A stretch of 57,332 nucleotides of DNA, counting the filler, from Sphacelaria rigidula (Eukaryota), in the NCBI GenBank assembly GCA_964200075.2. It is 4 parts of 4 records of this genome, joined end to end, with 100 filler letters (N's around TTAATTAATTAA, not from the genome) between each part and the next. Parts side by side here need not be neighbours in the genome. Positions count along the whole stretch, not along the records: positions 43,080 to 57,332 come from CAXNAA020002355.1; 3 more parts are not named here. One strand, written 5' to 3'. The notes beneath the pieces were generated by a model that was not told where the DNA came from, did no database searches, and saw only the letters and a program-made list of their open reading frames with translations. Positions within the stretch are counted from its first letter, which is position 1, and each line of letters starts with the position of its first letter. Shown piece after piece: positions 48,757 through 57,332 of the stretch. Both the position numbers and the translations under genes were made by a program.

Positions 48757-49560
48757 GGGCGTGTCTTAGCCCTTTTTTTTCGACTAAAAAGGTGCGGTTG
48801 GTTTTTTTTGCCGATCTGATAGGTCCATCGCATTTATGTTCCTTAAAGGCTTCAACTCAAAATTATAAGTAGCTGCGCGCGGAGAAGAATGCATCGAGAT
48901 TAAAAAAAACAATCGTTTTTGATCGAAAACATGCGATCGAAAGGCACGAAGCAGCACTTGACTCCTATATCACAGGCCCCACACCAAATAACATCTGTTC
49001 ACAGGACCATGCTAACTCTATCCAACTCATTCTCAGCTACCACCGCAACCCTGCAGCATAGAGCACGAGTTGAAACCAGGGATAGATACAATGCAGTGGT
49101 CGGGTGTACTTTATTTATTTTTTGTCGGCGAAAACTTGCGCATCTTCTCTCATGGTGGGCATCAGCGACGAAACTGCGTGGTAAGGTGGGCAACCGAGTT
49201 GCGTGCACGCTCATGGACAGTGCAGGCAGTACAAAGCTTCACGTTGCTGAATGAAGTCCTTTTCACGTCGCATTGTAAGCAGAGAGAACTGATAGCCCTG
49301 GACTGTCTGCACTGCACGTTGCCCGCTTCTCCTTTATATCCTCTTGGACGAAACACGCACGCACGCACTCAAGACACCCTGCTTGCAAGCAGTGCAACCA
49401 GTAGAGTGACCATGTACCGTTTCACGATTTTCACCGTCTTTTTCGATCGAAAGCTTGAAAATCCATCCAGACCCAACTGCATCAAAACGAGAAATTTTTT
49501 CTCAAGTTAATTCCACCGCCTCATTTTTTCGATCGGAAACAAAAGTGCCAAGACAGGCCC
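48757..49560. mobile_element. Non-autonomous PIF/Harbinger-like DNA transposon
   Basis: TIRs GGGCGTGTCTTAGCCCTTT / AAAGTGCCAAGACAGGCCC and a 3-bp TSD TCA. Removing it rejoins the host RT frame SLASDPLRLFGPGE. Confidence 0.85.
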
Positions 49561-49606
49561 TCAGAGGCGAGAGAGGTGAATGCTAGTAACACCGGCGGGT
49601 CCTCTC

Positions 49607-52600
49607 TGTCGTGTGGTATAATTGCCAATATGAAGTGTGTTGCAAATTCAGACAGTGCAGTCTACGTTCATTGTGTGTGATTGAAATCGTCGCTGCAAGA
49701 TATTGTACTGTATAAGCGGCACGACTTGCATGTTGTTTGTTACGGTTCAAGTGAAACTGTAGACCACGTAGGTGTCGTTTCGCTGTACCTTTTTCATTGT
49801 AAATTAGGGTATGTTTTCGAACTGGATATCGTGGGTGCTAGATTGAGAACTGGCGATTCTAACAACTCAGTCGTGTGATTGAGTTGAGGATAAGATCTTT
49901 TGTTTTACGTACATCATTGGTTTTGCTCCAGGGAGTGGAAAGTGTTGAGGCTCGCTCTCGCTCGCCACCGCTTCTCACTCTCCTCAGCAGCCCAGTTTTT
50001 TGTTTCAACAACTCTTTCCTGCAAGAAGAGTCTGTGTGATATTTATAGGCCAAAAGCGCCGAACAACACCATTTTCTCTCTTTTTCACTTCAGTGCTCCT
50101 CGCAAGTAGCTTCACCGCTACAGTGCAAGCCTCTGCTTCACTGTCTAATGAGACAGCGTCGTGCCAAGGAATTATTTTCAACAGGTTATGAGCCTCGATT
50201 CGCGACCACGTAGGTCTTCAGGTCATCAGCCTTCAGTTCGAGACTACATCGATCAGCACGAGCGAGGAGGTGTCCCATCAGGGTCGCCACAGCAGCGACA
50301 ATCAAGAGTTCAAGAACCCTGACCTTTCCAAAAATCTGCAGGTGTGAAGAGGAAGTTTTATTAGTAACGTGAGGCAGATGAATATGTCGGGAGAGCCATC
50401 TGTGACTCAGCTCATCAAGAGCATCAACAAGTTCGACGATACAAAATTCGTCGAGTGGATGCGCTCTACGCGCGCTATCATTTCTTTAACTCATCCGGGG
50501 ATTACGGATATCCTCACCAGGGTTGAACGCCCCGCGGAAGTTCTCGAAGAAGATTTTTCTGAGGTAGACCTGCCACAACCAGCTGCCACAGGACCTAGCC
50601 CTGCTAGAACTCTTTCCCAAACCGCCCGCCTGCAGTCGTCCGTTCAACCGCATTTATCGTCGGTGGAGGCAACCACGGGGGACGAGACGATAGCAGCGGT
50701 GGACGGGACTGGACCTACTGAAGAAGACCATCATTCTACACAAGAATCTCGTTCTCCCAGCGTGGTGTCACATGTGAGATAAAAAGTTGGGACCGGTGCA
50801 ATGAGCAATTATTCCACGTTTTGTACCTATCGACAACCGGTCTTGCAGCGAGTTATTCGTTGCGTTTCCAGCCGAGGGGCTCAGAGAGACCAAAGGGCAA
50901 ACATGCACGGGAAGCTTTGATTTCCAATTATCAAAATTCTTCGAAGCAGAGAGTCACGATCTTGATGAGATAACTCAACAACGTCACTGTAACCCTGATA
51001 CTTTCTTGAGGAAAGTGTATCAGCTTCGGGACGAACTGGAAAACGTTGGCGAGATCATTTCGGAAAAAAGGCTGACTGACATAGTGATCGACGGTTTGAC
51101 AAGCAAGTATGACCTTATCAGGTAAAATGCGGAGCGTGATCCAGATCCTAGTTTTCAGAGCATCGAAACAAGAATGCGAAATATGTATGCTAGTCGCATG
51201 GCGCGGAGAATTACCTCCGCGAATCGAATGGCCGCGATTCATCATTGCGGGTGGCAACACCGCTGAACCCTTTGAATCAACCACGGAATTTCCGTGGAAA
51301 CTGCTACACCTACGGGAAGCCAGAACATCACATGAGAGACTGTCGTTCTTGAAAGCAGTCAAACAATGGTACAGGCCTGTAAAATGGTCCAGTTTCCATC
51401 ATACTGACAAGCATGACGATCCTGAGTGTAGATCTCAATTGAACACCGGGAACGCAATCAACGACGCTGAAAACAAAAATAACCAGAATCGTCGTAGGAA
51501 TCCCCGCCATGGAAACAACAACCGCGACAACAACAGCAGCAACAACAACAGTAGGAGCAACCACAACAGCAACATCGGCAGCAACAACTCCGATGGACAT
51601 CTAATACAGCATTTGCCGATTCAGCTTCTACAACCGCACCATCGAACATCAACAGCCTACAAACCTCTTCATCAACAGCTTCGACAATGATCCATTCATC
51701 TTCACCACCAAACGTTATGGGATTTTCTTTTTGTTTTGGTCTACATGCCACTGATACTTCCGATCAAATTTCTTTTCAGTTGACAGTGGACAGCGGCAGC
51801 ACTGGACACTTTCTGGATGATCGGTTGCTGCCCAATATCGAACGTGCAATAGTCGAGTGTGTCAAACTTGATCCCTCGATGACTATTTTAACAGCGGGAC
51901 GCCATCTACTGCATGGGACAGCAAAAGGAGATCTCAACACCGTCGTCATTGACTCTGAGGGGTATCAACGTTCTGTTCGGCTCCCAGCCGTGATTGTCCC
52001 AGGTTTGGGGAAACATCTATTCTCCCCTGTGCAAGCTCTTGCGAAGGGGGCTTCGACTATATTTTCTCACGAGTCCCATATCGACCTTGGAAAAGTTTAA
52101 GTGCCTATCAACAGTGACAGTGACAGAGAGTTGCAGTACATCAGCGTGAAAGTTTCTCGGAAACCGGGTAGTATCAATACCAGCTCAGTATTTACAGCCA
52201 CAATTATGTCAGGAGAAGCTATGGGTATCGAGACAGCCGTTGTTGCAGAAGTCATTCACCATGGCATGCCGGGAGCTTCAGCAGCCACGTCTGTCACGGC
52301 GGGAGCAGACCCGACAGCTTTGTCTACTAGGACGGGAGCAGACATTTGGCATAGGCGACTTGGACATTCTACGGAGCAGGTCATGCACCGTCTTCTGAAT
52401 ACCCCTGAATCAGGTGTGAACTTTGAGGGGTCGCTGTCACCTTGTGTAACGTGAAAAATTATTAAGAGTGTACAGCAGGACCACCCCAAGACTGTTGACT
52501 CCACAAATATTTCGGAGCGATTGCAACTGGTCAGCACTGACCGAACAGGACCGATCTCGTCCATGGCACAGGGGGGCTATCGTTACAGAGCAAAATTTAC

Positions 52601-54820
52601 GTATCATTTCACGCGTTTCAAGGTAGTCTACTTCATCAAAAGAAAGGATGACATCCTAACTACGATCTGCAGGTTCATCCAAGATTTGGCTATTCCGTTA
52701 GGACTTCGTGTACACCGCCTGCGGCCAGACCGTGGGGGTGAATATATCGCGGACTATTTCAAGAGGTACTGCGAAACTACGGGTATCCGTCAAGAGTTCA
52801 CCAGCCCATTCACTCCTCAGCAGAATGGCATCAGTGAAAGAGATGGCCGGAGTATTTTGAACGTCACACGTTGCCTTCTGAACGAATCGAATTTGCCGAA
52901 ATTTCTTTGGGGAGAAATTGCTGCAACTGCGGTCTTTTTCATCAACCGCCTGCCGCACACGAGCATCGGCGGTGACACTCCATATTTTCGGATGTTTCTC
53001 AAGCAACCGAAGCTGTCATTCTTGCGGGCAAAGGGCTCGAGGGTGTTTGTGCACAGGGGGCGTCATCACAGTAACTTAGAAGAAACGTCTTGGGAAGGAG
53101 TGCTAGTAGGGTATGATTCCGATAGCCCGTCGTACCGTACTTACAACCACTAGTCGGGGAAAATATCCAGCTCCAGAAACGTCACTTTCATCGAACAAGT
53201 AACAGGAGCTCCTTACAGTGATGAAGACTTTTTTACATTGGACATCCAGGAACCCGACGAATCTGTAGTTGATCAGGAACAATATGACGACACAAACAGC
53301 TTCAACATAAATATCTACGATGGTATAGCTCAGCTAGAGCACAGTACCACGGAGGACAATTCACCGACTACAGGGCCACCAATCGCCCAAAGAAGGTTGC
53401 GTTCAGCGGGCGGTCCCAATCATCATCCTTCTGGATCCGGTAACACGCGGCAAGCCAGTGAGCTAAAGCGACTAGCCTTCATGTCTTCTGGGCGTCAACA
53501 TGCTGCAGCAACACTGGAAACGTTATGTCAGTACATAGACACTGTCGGAGTTGAACAGGTTGCACCACCCGCGTCAATTTCAGTCCCTACCAACTATCGA
53601 TAGGCATCGAGCTCACCATACGCGAAGAAATGGAAAGCAGCCATGCTGGACGAACTTCAAAACATTAAAAATCATGAAGTAGCCGACATCATCCCGGCCA
53701 GCTCTGTTCCCAGCAACAACGACATCATCGGTACGAGGTGGGTCTTTAAGGTTAAGGCCGATGGGCGCTTTAAAGCCCGGTTGGTGGTTCAGGGTTGGTC
53801 TCAGAGGCATGGACTCGACTGCGGGAGTAATTTCGCTCCAGTTTGCAGATTGGAAAGTCATTGATTGTTACTGGTAATTCCTACTGCAAACATTCGGCTC
53901 ATCTTAGCCATCGACGTACAAACTGCTTCCTTGAATGGGAAGCTACAGGAAACAGTATTTTGTAGACAACCGCCTGGCTTCGAGACGTTCGACCCAACGA
54001 CAGGAGAACCAAAAGTGATGCGCCTTAAGCGCGCTCTCTACCGACTACGCCGGAGTCCGAACGTGTGGAACGTTACAATGGATACGGAGCTACGGAAAAT
54101 GGATTTTTAGCCACGGCAAGTGACCCATGTGTCTACACGAAAGAATCCCATGGGGTATGTGTGATGCTTACTCTGTATGTAGATGATGTCTTGATGATAG
54201 GACCGTCCATCAGCATACTGCAACAGGTTCAGGACGCTCTGAAGTCAAGATTCTCCATTTCCGAGCCAGGGCCAGTTTCTCTTCTTCTCGGTATAGAGAT
54301 CATCAGAGATGAAGCGCGAGGAACTCTCAAGTTGTCACAGCATAGGTACGTAGAATCCATGCTCAAAAATGCGATCCACGACGGGGACATTGTTTTCCCT
54401 GTCTAACTGGCTAGTTCATTTCACTTCGAGTCTACAACGTATTACAGCTACGTCTACGACAGAAGCGGAGTTAATTGCCCTTTCGAAATGCGGGAAACTC
54501 GGAACGTATCTCTTCAATCTTATACGAGAGCCTGGGCGGTCATCTATTGAGCCCGCGACTATCTACTCGGACTCACAAGGCGCACTTCATCTGTCTTGAA
54601 ACGCCAACTTCGGCACTAGCTCGAAACACCTGGCGATGCGGTTCTTTAATTTCAAGTATTTGATTCGAGCCGGACAACTAAGGATAAACTATGTACGATC
54701 CTCAGAACAATTAGGCGATCTTCTCACCAAGAGTTGTGATAGAATTGTACATCAGAGACTGCTGAAGGCTATAACCGAATTTGAGGGATAACGAATATTA
54801 ATCGGGGCAGGATGTTCATT
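49607..54820 (+). mobile_element. Degenerate Ty1/Copia LTR retrotransposon
   Basis: The 5' LTR ends ...TTTCAACA at 50183 (its start is uncertain), followed by a copia-type PBS GGTTATGAGCC. Then gag, protease (VDSGSTGH), WHRRLGH, integrase (DRGGEY, TPQQNGISER), RT (TRWVFKVK, FKARLV, LYVDD), RNase H (TEAELIA, YSDSQGA) and a PPT GGGGCAGGA at ~54803-54812. Stops are present, with a deletion near 54365. The 3' LTR is not recognisable. Confidence 0.93.
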
Positions 54821-55079
54821 TTCAGGGGTATCTTCAACGCTCAACTTCGATCTTCCAATTTTTCGAGTGTCATCACCCTAGTGACATCTCGACAACCAAC
54901 CCAAGGGCCACACCGCATCACTCTCAACCCATACTTCCAACACCTTCTACCTCTGACATCTTCTATCACCATCTCCATCATGAACCACCGCATCAATAAC
55001 TCCAACAACAACGGGAACGGCTCAAGGCAAGGAAACAGAAATGCGTGCGGACACGTCGGGCGAAACCCAACAATCAATG

Positions 55080-55525
55080 AACACGGGATCTTACAAATTG
55101 CGGATGGATCCTTTATTGGGGATGGAAAACCCGGAGAATTAAAACCTTCGTATCCACACTAAATCTTTGAAATATGGTTCCATTTTTTCACCTACTGATA
55201 GCTATTGGAAACTGCTACACGCCACAGAAATTTGGATTTCGATCACCAAACGTTTGGGGTTGTAGGTGAAAAACAAACTCGGAACCATTTTGGCGTCCGT
55301 TCGGACACCCGGAATCCCCCATAGTTGTTTTTTCACCTACTAGGACCCCAAAATTTTGGTGATCAAAATCCAAAATTGTATGGCGTGTAGCAGTTGTCAA
55401 TAGCTATCACTAGGTGAAGAAATGGAACCATATTTCGAATATTTGAAGTGGATACGAAGGTTTTAATTGTCCGGGTTTGCGATCACCAATAAAATATCCA
55501 TCCCCTATTTGTAAGATCCCGTGTT
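55080..55525. mobile_element. Foldback/MITE related to 30636-31444
   Basis: About 190-bp inverted arms AACACGGGATCTTACAAAT...ATTTGTAAGATCCCGTGTT and a 4-bp TSD AATG. One TAGCTATTG(A/G)(C/A)AACTGCTACACGCCA unit per arm. Confidence 0.88.
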
Positions 55526-56124
55526 AATGGCCGTACATACCGCATTTCGCACCGCCAAAGGACGCAGCACGGCGTAACAGCCAATGCGCGTGCACGCCTG
55601 ACTAACCAGCCGCTTCGACTACAAGGACATGCGACTATGTGCATCGACTGGGGAGATCGAGCTCCCATTGTACTGGGCATCACCATCCCTGGACAATCAA
55701 GCGAGGAGCGTGCGCGCATGGCGGATATGCTGAAGATGTACGGGTTCGCCGACGTTCGAGAATACCCGAGAATTCTTTATACTTTTTAAGGAGCTTACCG
55801 CAACTGTATCTGCATAATAGTGACTTGCTTTTCTTCATTGATGCTAGGATTTTGAATATTTCAGCCAAAGCCTGGCACATGGAACGCCCTTGGGAATTCG
55901 ATTTTTTTCTGTTGAGGAGGATCTACGACGCTCTGCTTGATAGCTTCTATGGGATCCAGTCAATCTCTCGTCCAAATCGACCTGCGATCAATCATAGAGA
56001 CCTCAATGTGGTCACTGGAGTTTGGGTTTATTTTCTGTTGAAAATGTGAGTGGTTGAACGAAACGAAACATGTGCAAGATATACCCGCGTTCACAGATCG
56101 AACCACGCAAACCCCGCACAACAC

Positions 56125-57180
56125 TTAGCCCGATATTTGCGTGTTCCACGGCGGGATCATTCGTGCGTGTTCCATTATCCTCCTTTCTTCCTCTAGTATG
56201 TCTACATTGTTCGGGGTAGTACGATAGTGAGAATGTTCTACTGCCTGCGAGAGCAGACCCCAGAATCCCGGGGACCCCGTCCAGCTAAAGGTGAGTCGAA
56301 AATCAGCTTCTAAAATATCGTTGATTACGTAGCAACATTTGTGCGCATGTTTTGCGGTTACGCGCACGGTTAGGAAAGCGTTCGTTACGTCGGCTTGCGA
56401 CGAGAGAATCCGTTCGTTCGGGAGTTTGTTTCTAAGACGTCGGATTCCTTGTAGTAGTTGTGGTAGGGCCTCGGCGCAAAGACAACCTGGAATTACGTCG
56501 GGGTTGGTGACGGCGTTCAGTCCTCCTTTTGTACCGGGTTTGGACTTGATGTCGAACGAAAAATCATGGATGATACTGGCCTTATTGGTGACAACTGTTC
56601 CTAATGGAGCTACTCGCAAATGCCTAATTTCTGGGGCCGCTGATCACTTAGAAAACAAGCATCTGTTCCTCCTCACATCTTCCGTCAATTTGTTTCAGAC
56701 ATGTTGGGTGTGATTGTCGATAATACTGTGGGCACCATATTCGAGTGTTCGTCTCAAGTCCGGTGCAGTGTCTGTCGTATCTATCGGTACACCGTGTTCG
56801 AGTATGTTCATTTATTTGTCTATTTCCGGGAAGCGTTTTACTTCTCCAAAATGGTGGTGGACTTCACGGAGGTTCATCGGCGGTGACACCAGAGTGCCGC
56901 TGAGCTTTCCCGCTACGTATCCAAGGTTCCCGTCGTACAGTCTCATTGGTTCTGTGCATGTCATTACCATTTCTTCAATGATAGGTTTTGTTTTTAATAG
57001 TTCTTGTGGTGCTGCCGAAAATTCTTTTTTCTTGTTTTCCCAATGCGTTCGCAATCTCGTTCCAATCATGCTTTCGTGGTTGTGTTGTGGCCCTCCGCGA
57101 GACGTTGAAGACGTCGACCCGTCGTTCATATCTATTCTACTCTGTCCCGTCAAGTACTATTGGCGGGGGTTAACCAGGAA
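56125..57180 (-). mobile_element. Tyrosine-recombinase retrotransposon, 5' part of the RT ORF
   Basis: RVAPLGTVVTNKASIIHDFSF, ADVTNAF and DFRLTFSWTGSPGFWG are DIRS/Ngaro-type RT motifs, on the same strand and in the expected order relative to 46680-49600. Confidence 0.85.
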
Positions 57181-57332
57181 ATGATCTCGCTTCTTCTCCT
57201 GTCTGGGTACTAGTACGCGCTTTGATTGACCTATTCTGGGTCTGCACTCGACGTGCACTATTCAACAGCCGGTTCTCGAAAATGGGGTTGAAAAAAAATG
57301 AGGTTCAACTCAAAAGCCGTGCTTTCCCTGAT

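Noticed and set aside
28723..57319. Inverted ends suggesting one 28-kb giant transposon carrying panB and HIRA
   Set aside because: The two ends lie on different concatenated contigs. They are better explained as copies of a dispersed repeat at which the assembly broke.
43080..57332. Remaining HIRA exons
   Set aside because: No exon encoding the expected continuation (G..WDP.G...ASQ) was seen, consistent with this segment being a different contig.

Overview
Eukaryotic, repeat-dense DNA, probably from a brown alga or related stramenopile. That origin is inferred from the long GT-AG introns and the SINE and retroelement types; it was not searched. The window is not one locus. Three 100-bp N44-TTAATTAATTAA-N44 spacers join four pieces of 14263, 14259, 14257 and 14253 bp, which look like unplaced contigs concatenated in length order. 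Contig 1 holds decayed chromodomain-bearing Ty3/Gypsy elements and MITEs. Contig 2 holds tRNA-derived SINEs, piggyBac-type MITEs and unidentified decayed coding-like sequence. Contig 3 holds the only intact host genes: a complete 7-exon ketopantoate hydroxymethyltransferase (panB, about 428 aa, minus strand), head-to-head with the first two exons of the histone chaperone HIRA. It also carries a modular foldback element. Contig 4 is a nest: a decayed tyrosine-recombinase (DIRS/Ngaro-like) retrotransposon interrupted by a Harbinger-like element, a Copia element and a foldback element. I found no convincing new protein-coding system. The most unusual signals are in the small non-autonomous elements: a ~52-bp palindromic cassette shared by MITEs with unrelated termini, and TIR families with 4-bp TSDs and atypical termini (GACT-, AACA-).
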